Source of the DNA: Spirochaetes bacterium GWE1_32_154
Lineage (GTDB): Bacteria; Spirochaetota; GWE2-31-10
Assembly (NCBI GenBank): GCA_001829315.1
Contig: MIAY01000010.1
Location: 20,871 to 84,870, forward strand
DNA: 64,000 bases
Direction of reading: 5' to 3'
Position 1 is the stretch's first letter; each line of letters begins with the position of its first letter. The notes under the pieces were generated by a model. That model was not told the origin of the DNA. It saw only the letters and a program-made list of their open reading frames with translations, and did not search any database. The position numbers were made by a program, and so were the translations under genes. Shown here piece after piece: positions 38,928 through 49,391 of the stretch.

Positions 38928-41534
38928 ATGAAGTATACATACACCGTCCTTATAACAGGATTTCTTCTTTTCATTGCCGGTTGCAGTGGTTCATATAATC
39001 AAGCTATATCGCCTCAGACTGAAAGTGTTACACTAACAGTAAGAACTGAAGATACATCCGGTTTATTAAAAACCATACTTCCTCTGGCACCGGTTTCGAT
39101 GACTTATACACTAACCGGTACGCCTTCGGGAGGAAATAACATAGTGCTTGGCACATTTACTACTCTTCCTGCAACTGTGCAGATAGCCCCCGGAACATGG
39201 GATCTAAATCTTGAAGCAAAAGATACTGTAACCGGTAAAATCGCATTTACTGATTCTAAAACTGCTCAGACGATTACGGTAAGCACAGGAATTGCATTTT
39301 CTCTGAAACCTGCCACTACAGGAATCGGTGATATGAAAATTACTCTTTCATGGGATGTCAGTAATACAGTAACACAGGCACTGGTAACGATCAATGATGT
39401 TAGTGCTGATTCGCAGCCGGTTATATCGGGGAATACAGTAACATACCAAAAGACAGGTCTCGTAAACGGCGGGTATCTTGTTTCATTCAGGCTTTTTAAT
39501 GCTTCCGGTTCATTTCTTACATCGTTTACGGAACTCGTGCGTGTCGTACCGAATCTTGTGACAGAAAAAACTATTGCACTTACTGCATTAACCGATTTTA
39601 ATAAGGCACCTCAAAATGTACCTGTTGGTTTAAACGTTTCGCTATCTCAATCTATGGATTCGAACTATGGGTCTGTGTATATAAGCTGGACAGATACGAA
39701 TACAAATGAAACCGGACATTCTATAGATGTTTATTCTGATGGAGTATATGTAGAAACTGTTACTGTTCAGGCAGGACAGAACTATTGGTACTATAGTGCT
39801 TTACGAAATACTGTATTTACCTGCACAGTGAGTGCCGGTAACAGCCTCGGACAAACTGCCTATACAGCTGTGTCTTCGGCGATTACCATACCATTATTAC
39901 ACTTGATAAATTTTCTGGCTCCCGATGCTACCGGTGGTTCAATGTCAACTCAGTATGCGGAAGAGGGACAGTCAGTATTTCTATACTATAACTCATTTAC
40001 GAGAACAGGGTACACTTTTTCCGGTTGGACTACAGTACCACAGGGAACTGTAGTTGAATACACAGATCAGCAGCAGATTACTATGGGTACTACTGATATG
40101 ACCTTTAATGCTGTTTGGGAACCGCAGACGTATACTATAACATACAATGACGACGGGGCAACAACACAAGTAAATCCCGCGACGCAAACTATAACCTTTC
40201 CTGCTACTATAGGAACATTTCCCGAAGTACCTGTAAAGACCGGATTTGAATTTGGTGGCTGGTGGACAGGTTCCGGTGGAACGGGTAGTGAGCACTTTAT
40301 TGACACTCCGGTGTATTCGGATATGATACTGTATGCAAAATGGATTTCGGTTGTGTATGTTTCGGAAAGCGGTAATGATACTAACAACGGAACTTCGGCT
40401 TCTCCTTATGCAACAGTTGAAAAGGCTTTTACTATGGTCGAAATCGGTGGAGAAGTTCGAATTGCCGGTGGTACCTATACAGTTGGTGCGGAACTTGTTC
40501 TTAAGAACGGTGTTACTGTACGCGGAGGATATGATAGTTTATGGAATTATATTCCGGCTGATTATTTAACTATACTTACCCGGAATGCTGCAGGTTCGTT
40601 GACGGGGATATCGGGCAGCAATCTGTATAGTACGATTACGATTGATTCTATCATACTTAATATTACCAGTTCGAGCGGTGATGCGGTTTATGGTGTTAAT
40701 CTAACGAACTGCTCACCGGTAAATATAAAGAATTGTAAAATAACTGTATCAACAAACAATAGCAATGCGTATGGTATTTCTGCAAGTAATAGTTTCAGCG
40801 GTGTTATAGAAAATAATACAATAACAGTTGCTTCAAGTCCACGGTATGCATATGGTATTTACTTTACCAACGGATCCAGTATGTATGTACGGATACATAA
40901 TAATATTATCATAGTTCCCAATGCCGGCAATTATGACAGCATAGGCGTTGCATGGTCAGGTGGAACAGGCTATACGCTGTATGTACGAAATAACCTGATT
41001 CGTTTCGGTACTGATAGCGCACCAAAAGGGTTTGCTGCAGGTATGGCATTTTACTCATCAGGAAATCCTACCGTTAATTTGTATTTTGATAATAATATAG
41101 CCTATTCCTCAAGTGCGACATCATCGGCACGATATGTTACAGGTAAAGGAGAAGGAGATTATCCTGCATTTGTCACAATTCAAAGTATGAAAAATAATAT
41201 TATGTTTAATGTTGATGGCTACACGTATGATAAGCAGACACCGGGAAATACGTATACTGCAATTAATAACCTTGAAACAGGTATAACTCCAGCGGGAACT
41301 GCATCGGGGAATCAGATTTACAACCTTCTTTCTGAGTCGCAGTTTGTTAATGAATCTCTTGGTGATTTTCATTGGACTGCAACCCCTAATGTAACTTACA
41401 TTGAAATGGGGCTTGACGGTTCTGACACCGGGCTCTACTGGGGTTTTGACTATGATATGGAAGGAAATCCGAGAACCGGTGATAGTATATCAGGGTGGTC
41501 TGTCGGTCCGTATGAGTCAGATTTTATGCCGTAA
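38928..41534 (+). CDS. Surface lipoprotein: Ig/Fn3-like N-terminal modules, Listeria-Bacteroides repeats and C-terminal right-handed parallel beta-helix (pectin-lyase fold)-like region
   Basis: Lipobox FIAGC. LB-repeat motif GYTFSGWTT...YAKW. The C-terminal segment is rich in NxxI/V beta-helix rungs (NCKITVSTNNSNAYGISA, IENNTITVASS, IHNNIIIVPNAG). Confidence 0.7.
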   Translation: MKYTYTVLITGFLLFIAGCSGSYNQAISPQTESVTLTVRTEDTSGLLKTILPLAPVSMTYTLTGTPSGGNNIVLGTFTTLPATVQIAPGTWDLNLEAKDTVTGKIAFTDSKTAQTITVSTGIAFSLKPATTGIGDMKITLSWDVSNTVTQALVTINDVSADSQPVISGNTVTYQKTGLVNGGYLVSFRLFNASGSFLTSFTELVRVVPNLVTEKTIALTALTDFNKAPQNVPVGLNVSLSQSMDSNYGSVYISWTDTNTNETGHSIDVYSDGVYVETVTVQAGQNYWYYSALRNTVFTCTVSAGNSLGQTAYTAVSSAITIPLLHLINFLAPDATGGSMSTQYAEEGQSVFLYYNSFTRTGYTFSGWTTVPQGTVVEYTDQQQITMGTTDMTFNAVWEPQTYTITYNDDGATTQVNPATQTITFPATIGTFPEVPVKTGFEFGGWWTGSGGTGSEHFIDTPVYSDMILYAKWISVVYVSESGNDTNNGTSASPYATVEKAFTMVEIGGEVRIAGGTYTVGAELVLKNGVTVRGGYDSLWNYIPADYLTILTRNAAGSLTGISGSNLYSTITIDSIILNITSSSGDAVYGVNLTNCSPVNIKNCKITVSTNNSNAYGISASNSFSGVIENNTITVASSPRYAYGIYFTNGSSMYVRIHNNIIIVPNAGNYDSIGVAWSGGTGYTLYVRNNLIRFGTDSAPKGFAAGMAFYSSGNPTVNLYFDNNIAYSSSATSSARYVTGKGEGDYPAFVTIQSMKNNIMFNVDGYTYDKQTPGNTYTAINNLETGITPAGTASGNQIYNLLSESQFVNESLGDFHWTATPNVTYIEMGLDGSDTGLYWGFDYDMEGNPRTGDSISGWSVGPYESDFMP

Positions 41535-41599
41535 CTAAGCTGATTTGCTATTTGCAATCACAGGTAAATACGGGTGTACGTTTTGAAGAAGGAGCTATT

Positions 41600-44500
41600 A
41601 TGAAATTATTTAATGTATTATGTATAGTAGCAGGAGTTCTTTTTTTCTCCTGTACGCAGGTAGAAGATATCGGGAAAACCACTGTCAGACCTGAGTCAGT
41701 TACAATAGAACTTTCTGCATCAGTCTATAATGAGCTGTTACAACCGCAGCAAACAGTCATGCCGGGTACACCTGTTATAGCAGGTTACGAACTGCTTGGT
41801 TCTATCTCGGGAGAACAAATATCGCTTGGTTTGTTTACTACATTAACAGGTGCTACTGTGACATTGACTGCCGGTACATGGAATTTTACCCTTCGGGCAA
41901 AAGACGGTGCGGGAGCTGTTGTGCTTGAAGGAGTTCTATCTTCAATCGCAGTCAGCACATCTGATAAAACACTTTCATTTGTTTTAAAACCGCTTGTTTC
42001 GGGGGTCGGGTCAGTTAATGTTGAACTTGTTCTTCCTGCAGGTCATACTATTACCTCAGTTGATACCGTTTTTAATGAAGCTGTTGTAACACCGGCAGTT
42101 GCTGTATCCGCTGGAAAAATAACTTTTTCAAAAACAGGTATTGCGACCGGTTCATATCTTCTTGTTTTCAAACTTAAAGAAGCTACCGGTGCTGTATCAG
42201 CAACGGTTACTGAAATCATACGTATTTATCCAAACCTCACAAGTATTAAAAGCATGACACTTACAACTGCAGATTTTAATGCACCTCCGGGTGCTGCACC
42301 ATCGTTACTCACGGTTACCGGCGGATCGGGAATTGATCCTGTTACTGTTCCGGCTGATTTTACCTGGGTGGATAACTCAAACAATGAAACAGGTTTTGAA
42401 CTGTACTGGTCTCATAATACAGGCAGTGGAACGATAACAATACCAGCTGCAACAACAAGCTATACAATGCAGGCTGTTCGCGGTAAAACCTATACACTTA
42501 AAATTCGTGCGCTTAATTCGTTCGGGTCTTCCGGGTATTCCAATGAATTATCAGGTATCGGTGTGCCGTGGCTTATAACCTATAATTCCATGGGGGGGAC
42601 TGCTGTTGCTGCGATGGATAGGCAAAATGGTCAGACCCTTACCGCACCCGATCCGGCACCGACTAAAGGTGATGATGTATTTCTCGGGTGGTACAGGGAA
42701 GAAAGTGGTACTACTGCCTGGATTTTCGGGGAAGAACCGGTTACCTCTTCAATGACCTTATATGCAAAGTGGGGTAGACTGATAGCAGGTTTTAATTTTG
42801 ATACTTTAGATGATACAAAACCATCCGAAGGGGATCAGGCTATATCATTAGTAATGACCGATATTACCTATTCCGAAGGAAGTCCCGGTACAACTAAATC
42901 ATTGGCATTTAATGGAATTACTTCAAAAATCCAAATAACAGGAGCAGATGGTTACACTGACAATGCCGCACCGTGGACTGTTGCAGCTTGGGTTAAGCCA
43001 CAAATGGGATCCGGTTCATATACACTTACTGCAGGTAGTGTAGACTGGCATGGCATTAGAGTCTGGCGTGATGCAGGTAACATTCAACGACCGGGGGTTA
43101 CTTGTAGTAATGGCGATATTACATCATTAACAGCTTCAATATCACCTGATATATGGACACATCTTGTGATGGCTAATGATGGAATAACTGTTAAGGTTTA
43201 TCTAAATGGTCAATATCACTCGGATATGCCTTCAGGGGCAGAAGCTTTGGGTTTACCGATTTCATGGATTGGTGCAAGCTATGGTGGTACTTCTGATTTT
43301 TTTAAAGGTTTAATGGATCAGCTCTATTTTTATGACATAGCATTAGATCAAAGTGGTGTTACTAATCTTTATAATAAGGTTTTTTCCGGTGGTAGCGGAA
43401 CCCAGATTGACCCTTTTATTGTTTCAACCGGTAAACAGTTAGATGCAGTACGATATTTTAGAGGTAAGTATTTTAGTCAGAGTGCCAATATCGATTTGAC
43501 AGGAATCGGTGTGTATGATCAAACCAATGGTGTTTACTTGTGGTCTTCGATTGGTAAAACCGGTTCTGAATTTACCGGAGGTTATAATGGTAATAATTAC
43601 TCTATAACAAATCTTTTAAATTCATATATTACTTCAGTTGATGTTGTTGGCGGTTTATTTGGTGTAATATCCGGTGCTGATTTACAAAATATTAATGTTA
43701 CGGGTGAGTTATCTATTGCTGAAAGTGTTATTGCAACCGGAATGCTTGCGGGTATTGTCGAAGGCGATTCTATGATTAGTAATTGTCAGGCACATGGAAC
43801 TATAAATAGTGGCATTGAAGATATTAATGTGATTATCGGGGGACTTGTCGGGAAAACTAATCATGCTACAATTTCCGACTCGCGATCAACGGTTGATATT
43901 GGTGGAAATGCCGGAATAGGTGGCGGGATTACCGGACATATGATATCAGGCTTGATTGAAAGATCTTTTTCAATCGGGACTGTTAATGTAATTGGAAATG
44001 CAGGTGGCCTTGTTGGTAAGATTGAACCAATGGTTGATACCGATAGTGTAATTATAACAAGAAGTTATTCAAAGGCATCAGCTAAAACGGGAGGGGTACA
44101 AGATTCAGCGAGTGGCGGGTTAGTCGGAAGAATTTATACAGAAGCAAGTGCAGCTATTAATATTAATAACAGCTATGCAAATGGAATAGTTGAATCTGGT
44201 TTTTACCCCGGTGGTCTTGTTGGAAGTGTTGGTTATGCTACCGGGACTCCAACGATAACAATTCAGAATTGTTATGCTGCAGGCCCGATAGGAGGCGTGG
44301 GTGTGCCCGGCGGTTTGATTTCAGTAGCAAGTGGAACTGAAACTACTCCTAATTGTTTTTATGACTCAGAAACTACAGGTGTAATTAGTGGAAATACTAC
44401 AGCCGAGATGATAACCCAGTCAACATTTTTAACATGGACATTTGGTGCGGGTAATTGGACGATAATTGAAGGTAGCTCATATCCATATTTTGACTGGCAG

Positions 44501-44968
44501 GGGACGGTAAATATCCCGAAACCAAACTATCCTTTCTGGGGTGATACATGGAGTGCGTCTGTGACCGGTGGAGATGTTAATTATACAGCAGAACAATCGG
44601 TGACCCCATCAACGAAAGAGTTGTATTTACAATATAATAATAATGGTCTTGATCCAGGTGCAGGTGTACCTGTACAGACATGGACTTATACCGCAACGGC
44701 GAGTAAAGACGGAACACTCAGATTCACTTGGGAATATAGCGGTTCTCATGCGTCTGTGGATGCAAATGCAACGCTTAAATATTTTGTGAATGGTGTATAT
44801 ACTGATTTAGTACCACAAACCGTAACGAATGGAGAATTTAATTTTTTATCAACTGGAACGGTTATCATAAATGTTGAGATCAATGATTCGTATGGTTTTC
44901 AGGTTATTGGTTCGAATGGTGATACTAATAGTACTCTTTCTGGAACTGTGAATATTATTTCTGAATGA
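41600..44968 (+). CDS. Giant surface lipoprotein: Fn3-like modules, LB repeat, LamG/concanavalin-like lectin domain and multiple GLUG-motif repeats
   Basis: Start chosen at MKLFNVLCIVAGVLFFSC (lipobox). LamG-like block (AWVKPQ...WTHLVMANDGITVKVYLNGQ). Repeated GGLVG/GLUG motifs. A G7 tract lies at 42592-42598. Confidence 0.7.
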   Translation: MKLFNVLCIVAGVLFFSCTQVEDIGKTTVRPESVTIELSASVYNELLQPQQTVMPGTPVIAGYELLGSISGEQISLGLFTTLTGATVTLTAGTWNFTLRAKDGAGAVVLEGVLSSIAVSTSDKTLSFVLKPLVSGVGSVNVELVLPAGHTITSVDTVFNEAVVTPAVAVSAGKITFSKTGIATGSYLLVFKLKEATGAVSATVTEIIRIYPNLTSIKSMTLTTADFNAPPGAAPSLLTVTGGSGIDPVTVPADFTWVDNSNNETGFELYWSHNTGSGTITIPAATTSYTMQAVRGKTYTLKIRALNSFGSSGYSNELSGIGVPWLITYNSMGGTAVAAMDRQNGQTLTAPDPAPTKGDDVFLGWYREESGTTAWIFGEEPVTSSMTLYAKWGRLIAGFNFDTLDDTKPSEGDQAISLVMTDITYSEGSPGTTKSLAFNGITSKIQITGADGYTDNAAPWTVAAWVKPQMGSGSYTLTAGSVDWHGIRVWRDAGNIQRPGVTCSNGDITSLTASISPDIWTHLVMANDGITVKVYLNGQYHSDMPSGAEALGLPISWIGASYGGTSDFFKGLMDQLYFYDIALDQSGVTNLYNKVFSGGSGTQIDPFIVSTGKQLDAVRYFRGKYFSQSANIDLTGIGVYDQTNGVYLWSSIGKTGSEFTGGYNGNNYSITNLLNSYITSVDVVGGLFGVISGADLQNINVTGELSIAESVIATGMLAGIVEGDSMISNCQAHGTINSGIEDINVIIGGLVGKTNHATISDSRSTVDIGGNAGIGGGITGHMISGLIERSFSIGTVNVIGNAGGLVGKIEPMVDTDSVIITRSYSKASAKTGGVQDSASGGLVGRIYTEASAAININNSYANGIVESGFYPGGLVGSVGYATGTPTITIQNCYAAGPIGGVGVPGGLISVASGTETTPNCFYDSETTGVISGNTTAEMITQSTFLTWTFGAGNWTIIEGSSYPYFDWQGTVNIPKPNYPFWGDTWSASVTGGDVNYTAEQSVTPSTKELYLQYNNNGLDPGAGVPVQTWTYTATASKDGTLRFTWEYSGSHASVDANATLKYFVNGVYTDLVPQTVTNGEFNFLSTGTVIINVEINDSYGFQVIGSNGDTNSTLSGTVNIISE

Positions 44969-45265
44969 TCTGATGATGAGCCAGGTCGAAGAGTAATTGT
45001 ATAGGTGGCATTTTTTAATGTCACCTATTTCAATTAATAGTTTTACATTGTGATTGAGCCATGGATACGGAAGACATGTGCGGATGACACTGATTTTTGA
45101 GGATTAGCACGGATTTGGAGGATGTTAATTTGTCTCAAATCGTTCACAAATAAACTTTTTTGTTGACATGGATTATAAAAAATACTATCAATGATTAAAT
45201 CATATTTTATTGTTCTCAAAAAACACAAAGAAAAAGTAAAAAAATATTTTAGGAAGCTTCATTTT

Positions 45266-46507
45266 ATGAATAATTTATTTTTTTATTTAATTCTTAACAT
45301 TACAATAACATCATTGGCTTCACTAATATTTATTTTTTTTATGATAAAGACTTTATTAATTAAAGAAAAAGAAGCGCCTCATTGGGTTTTTCTTGCTATT
45401 TGTTTTTTCTCATTATTCAGAATAACGAATTTTTATTTAATCATAATACCTGTTTTAAAAGAAAACGAATCTATTGGAATCTTGTTGTATCGCATACAAA
45501 CAGCTACCTTCTTTTTTTTACCTTCGTTAATAGCACATATGTTTTATTCGTTGCTATATAAAAATGATAAGAAAAAACTATTAATTATTTTATTTTTGTA
45601 TGTAATTTCATTGTGTTTTTACATTTCTGCATTGATTGGGTTTTATCCGACTGCAAGAGAACTTAAAATAGTTAACAATACAATTTATTTTATAAATAAC
45701 ACAACATCGTATATTTATAAATCAGTTATTATATTTTTTGTTTTTTCATATATTTTCTCTATCTATCTTATATTTAATTTTTCAAGAATCAAAATGACAG
45801 CGAAAGACAGGAAAATTATAAATATTATACAATGGGTTTATATTATAACATTTGGATATGGGTATATTATTCAGTTTTTTATTTCTTTAATGAGCCCGGC
45901 TTTTTTTTCATTAGCACCATATCTTCTTATCTTTTTATCAATTGTAATATATACTATATCTAAATATTATAACTTTTTAAAAATCTATAATACTCAACAA
46001 TTTTTTAATTTAGTTAATGAGAATTTTACAGTTACTTTTATAATAACTGATGAAAAAGGAATGATAATTAAATCAAATTTAAATACTATTGATAATATAA
46101 ATTATTACGGTAAAAGTATATATTCAATTTTCAATAATTCAGAGGTTGTTATTAAAACAATTTTAGAAGATGGAAAAATTGTAAAAAATCTGAATTTAAT
46201 ATCATTTAATCATGTAAATCAGATCGAGATATCATTTACGGTTGATATAAATCCTATAAGAGATAAATTTCAGGATATACTTGGACTTTTTTTAGTTCTA
46301 ACAGATTGTAGAATTTCATTAAGTTCTTTTTCAAAAAGAGAGCAGGATATTATTAATTATTTAACACAAGGGCTTTCATATAAAGAGATTGCGTATGAAT
46401 TAAATATTTCTTATAATACTGTTAATTCCCATGTAAAAAACATATATAAAAAAGCAAATGTTAATGATAGAAATGAATTGTTGGATTCAATAAACCACAT
46501 AAAATGA
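45266..46507 (+). CDS. Membrane one-component regulator: 7-TM N-terminal domain, cytoplasmic PAS-like region, C-terminal LuxR-type helix-turn-helix
   Basis: Very AT-rich gene. About 7 hydrophobic helices. C-terminal REQDIINYLTQGLSYKEIAYELNISYNTVNSHVKNIYKKA is a LuxR/GerE helix-turn-helix. AGGAAG ribosome-binding site 9 nt upstream of MNNLFF. Confidence 0.7.
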   Translation: MNNLFFYLILNITITSLASLIFIFFMIKTLLIKEKEAPHWVFLAICFFSLFRITNFYLIIIPVLKENESIGILLYRIQTATFFFLPSLIAHMFYSLLYKNDKKKLLIILFLYVISLCFYISALIGFYPTARELKIVNNTIYFINNTTSYIYKSVIIFFVFSYIFSIYLIFNFSRIKMTAKDRKIINIIQWVYIITFGYGYIIQFFISLMSPAFFSLAPYLLIFLSIVIYTISKYYNFLKIYNTQQFFNLVNENFTVTFIITDEKGMIIKSNLNTIDNINYYGKSIYSIFNNSEVVIKTILEDGKIVKNLNLISFNHVNQIEISFTVDINPIRDKFQDILGLFLVLTDCRISLSSFSKREQDIINYLTQGLSYKEIAYELNISYNTVNSHVKNIYKKANVNDRNELLDSINHIK

Positions 46508-47991
46508 AAGATTTCCGGAGAAATATGCGAGTAGCATTATTTAATCATCCATTTAATGATTTTTATAAATCACCGTCACGAATGAGTAGCGGGATACTTT
46601 CATATCTTGCACATATGATCGGAAATTATGAGTCTATCTGTTTTGATGTTGTAAAACATATTGTTACCCCTATTGATTTGCCTGATGAGTTATCATATAT
46701 TGCACCGCACATATGTGATGATATAACTGATTATTCTTTTTTCAGGTCGTATTTCCGGTTTGGAGCGGTGCATAATTTTAATCATAAAGATTTTAAGGTT
46801 TTTTCTCCGGATGTGATTCTTATTACAACATTTGCGTTTTGTTACGCAGATGGCTTAAAAGATCAGATTGAATATCTGAGAAAGTTGTCGGGTGCAGTTA
46901 TTATTATTGGCGGTTCAGGCGTTTCGTCTAATCCACAGTGGTATATTGAAAATGTGAGATCTGATTTTTGTGTTGTCGGGCCGGCGGAGATTGTCTTGCC
47001 GGAATTGATTGAGAGGATTAATCGTGGGGTTGGTACTGAGGATTTGGTGAATGTTTTTAGTAGCGCACATATGTGCAAGGTTGATTTAAATAAAAATTAT
47101 AATTTTAAACCATACTATTCATTCAACAAAAGAAATAAAACTCTCCAACTTCAATTAACAAGAGGTTGTCCCAAAAAATGTCAGTATTGTTCTATCGGTT
47201 TAACTGCCGGTAATAAATTCAGAAAATCAAATCCTGATGACATTGAGAATGTTTTTAAACTGTTTCCAACAATAAAACGGGTAGATTTTGAAGATGATAA
47301 TCTTAGTTGTGATTCAAAGTATTTTTTTAATGTTTTGGATATTGTAAGGAAATATTGCCCCGATGCACTTATTAGTTTTGAAAATGGTATTGATTTCACA
47401 ACTTTAACTGATGATGTGCTTGAAAGGCTACAAAATTATACTATTTTGCAGTATAATATTTCCTTTACATCTGCTGAAAATAGTATTTTGGATACTCATC
47501 ATCGCGGGTATACAGTTGACCAGTTTGAAGTGTCTATAAGAAAAATTATTAAAACTGGCAAGCCGGTTATTGTCTATTTCATTGCCGGTCTTCCAGGTGA
47601 TACAGCGGGCAATATTTTTAATACTATTAAATATCTTTTTTCATTGGATGTTATTATTGGGATATCACCATTTTACGCAGTACCCGGCACAAAGGTCATT
47701 GAAAATATAAAGGAGAGTAATAAACCATTTATGACTTCAGCTATGTCTTTTAATGGATATGGCGTTATCAGTGAATTAGAGAAGATTACTTTTTTTATGC
47801 TGACACGATTTATTAATGCCATGAAGAAATCTAATAAAAATGAGTTTACTGTGCTTGGATTAAAGAAATCAATCGAAGAGAAAAAAATTATTGGTATTTT
47901 GAATGATGGTTCGACTTTTGAATATCAACTTGATAGTGGTTTAGTTAAACAATTTTTTGATGAAATTATTGGTGGTGTTTTGTATGAATAG
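46504..47991 (+). CDS. B12-binding-domain radical SAM protein
   Basis: N-terminal Rossmann-like B12-binding region (VALFNHPF...VIIIGGSG). Radical SAM CxxxCxxC (TRGCPKKCQYCS). ATGA overlap with the upstream LuxR gene. Codon usage is richer in G-ending codons (TTG, GTT, CGG, AGG) than the surroundings. Confidence 0.75.
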   Translation: MKDFRRNMRVALFNHPFNDFYKSPSRMSSGILSYLAHMIGNYESICFDVVKHIVTPIDLPDELSYIAPHICDDITDYSFFRSYFRFGAVHNFNHKDFKVFSPDVILITTFAFCYADGLKDQIEYLRKLSGAVIIIGGSGVSSNPQWYIENVRSDFCVVGPAEIVLPELIERINRGVGTEDLVNVFSSAHMCKVDLNKNYNFKPYYSFNKRNKTLQLQLTRGCPKKCQYCSIGLTAGNKFRKSNPDDIENVFKLFPTIKRVDFEDDNLSCDSKYFFNVLDIVRKYCPDALISFENGIDFTTLTDDVLERLQNYTILQYNISFTSAENSILDTHHRGYTVDQFEVSIRKIIKTGKPVIVYFIAGLPGDTAGNIFNTIKYLFSLDVIIGISPFYAVPGTKVIENIKESNKPFMTSAMSFNGYGVISELEKITFFMLTRFINAMKKSNKNEFTVLGLKKSIEEKKIIGILNDGSTFEYQLDSGLVKQFFDEIIGGVLYE

Positions 47992-48826
47992 TCTTGTTAG
48001 TGTTATTATTCCTGTATATAACAGAAGTGTTGAGTTAGTACGTGCTGTCAGGAGTGTCGTTTCACAATCATATACGAATTTAGAGATTTTAATCATTGAC
48101 GATGGTTCTGATAAACCTGTACGGGATATTGTTAGTTGTTTTGATGATTCGCGCATTATTATCCTGGAGAATAAAAAAAATATGGGGGTTAGTTTCTCTC
48201 GCAATGTTGGTATTAATTATTCAAAGGGGGATTATATTGCATTATTGGATAGTGATGATGAGTGGTTTTCTGATAAGATTGCGCGGCAGCTAGATTATTT
48301 TATTTCTCATCCGGTTCGAATTGTGCATACCGAAGAAATCTGGGTCAGAAATGGCGTTCGAGTTAATCAAGGGAAGCGGCATAAAAAAGAGGCTGGTGAT
48401 ATTTTTATCAGATCGTTGGATTTATGTCTTATTTCTCCCTCTTCGGTTATAATGCATCGGTCAATTTTTGATGAATTCGGGTTTTTTCGTGAAGATTTGC
48501 CGGTTTGTGAGGATTATGATCTGTGGCTCCGTATTACAGCACAGGAAAAGGTTGGTTTTATTGAAGAGCCTTTGATTTATAAATATGGCGGGCATGATGA
48601 TCAGTTGAGCCGGAAATTTCATTCAATGGATAAATATAGGGTTTTATCAATGATTGGTGTTTTGAAATCTTCTATTTTAAATGATGAGAAGAGGTCTGCA
48701 CTTATTGCTACAATTCAGGGGAAATGTTCAATTTTAATAAATGGTGCTACAAAACGGGAAAAATTTGATGAGGTTGATTTTTATTTAGATTTATTGAATG
48801 AAGTTAATGGTTTTTCCGGTATTTGA
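47984..48826 (+). CDS. Family-2 glycosyltransferase (GT-A fold)
   Basis: VSVIIPVYNRS...DDGSD...LDSDDEW carries the DxD motifs. Its start overlaps the radical SAM stop, implying translational coupling. Confidence 0.75.
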   Translation: MNSLVSVIIPVYNRSVELVRAVRSVVSQSYTNLEILIIDDGSDKPVRDIVSCFDDSRIIILENKKNMGVSFSRNVGINYSKGDYIALLDSDDEWFSDKIARQLDYFISHPVRIVHTEEIWVRNGVRVNQGKRHKKEAGDIFIRSLDLCLISPSSVIMHRSIFDEFGFFREDLPVCEDYDLWLRITAQEKVGFIEEPLIYKYGGHDDQLSRKFHSMDKYRVLSMIGVLKSSILNDEKRSALIATIQGKCSILINGATKREKFDEVDFYLDLLNEVNGFSGI

Positions 48827-48902
48827 TAAGGTTTTTTTGAAAAATATTGAAATCTTATGGGGAGATAACAATTTTTTTGTATTTAATGGTATAGAGGTTG
48901 TT

Positions 48903-49391
48903 ATGATTAAACTACATAGATTTCATATGAAGATTGATAAAGAATTGTTGAAGGAAATAGATAAAAGAGCAATGATGATGTGCACTTCGAGATCGAAGTA
49001 CATTAATCATGTTTTAAGTGCAATGAAAGAGTTAACAAGTGAATTTGATCTTAATCCTGGAATTGGTGTTAAGACTGGGGATAGTTGTGACTTCGAGTAT
49101 GACATTTATGTTGAACTGAGGTTGGAGTTGTATAATAAACTTAGATATTTTCAATTTAGATTTGGTACTTTTAGTATTGCAACAGTTCTTAGAAGGATTT
49201 TGAGGTTTTATTTAATGAGGTATAAGAGATCTGTTGGGAAAATTATTAAGATGGTTAGGGAGTTTAATAGGTTTATTGTTGGTACTTATTTTGATAATGG
49301 ATCCCATATGTGCTATGGAAAACAAAGAACAGTTCGCAAAATCTATATTTGTCAAAATTACACCCTAAAAGTTATAGCCGGATTTCCATAG
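48903..49391 (+). CDS. Hypothetical protein with N-terminal ribbon-helix-helix (CopG/Arc-like) DNA-binding motif
   Basis: MKIDKELLKEIDKRAMMMCTSRSKYINHVLSAMKEL fits the RHH beta-strand-helix-helix pattern. GAGG ribosome-binding site at MIKLHRF. Codon usage is atypical, with AGG, TTG and GTT frequent. The C-terminal 110 aa is basic and unassigned. Confidence 0.45.
   Translation: MIKLHRFHMKIDKELLKEIDKRAMMMCTSRSKYINHVLSAMKELTSEFDLNPGIGVKTGDSCDFEYDIYVELRLELYNKLRYFQFRFGTFSIATVLRRILRFYLMRYKRSVGKIIKMVREFNRFIVGTYFDNGSHMCYGKQRTVRKIYICQNYTLKVIAGFP

Noticed and set aside
49290-49320. Adjacent BamHI-NdeI sites (ggatcccatatg) inside the RHH-protein gene, hinting at a cloning-vector remnant.
   Set aside because: There is no other vector-like sequence (origin, resistance gene, lac elements, polylinker). 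A 12-bp coincidence is plausible. The atypical codon usage is better explained by horizontal transfer.
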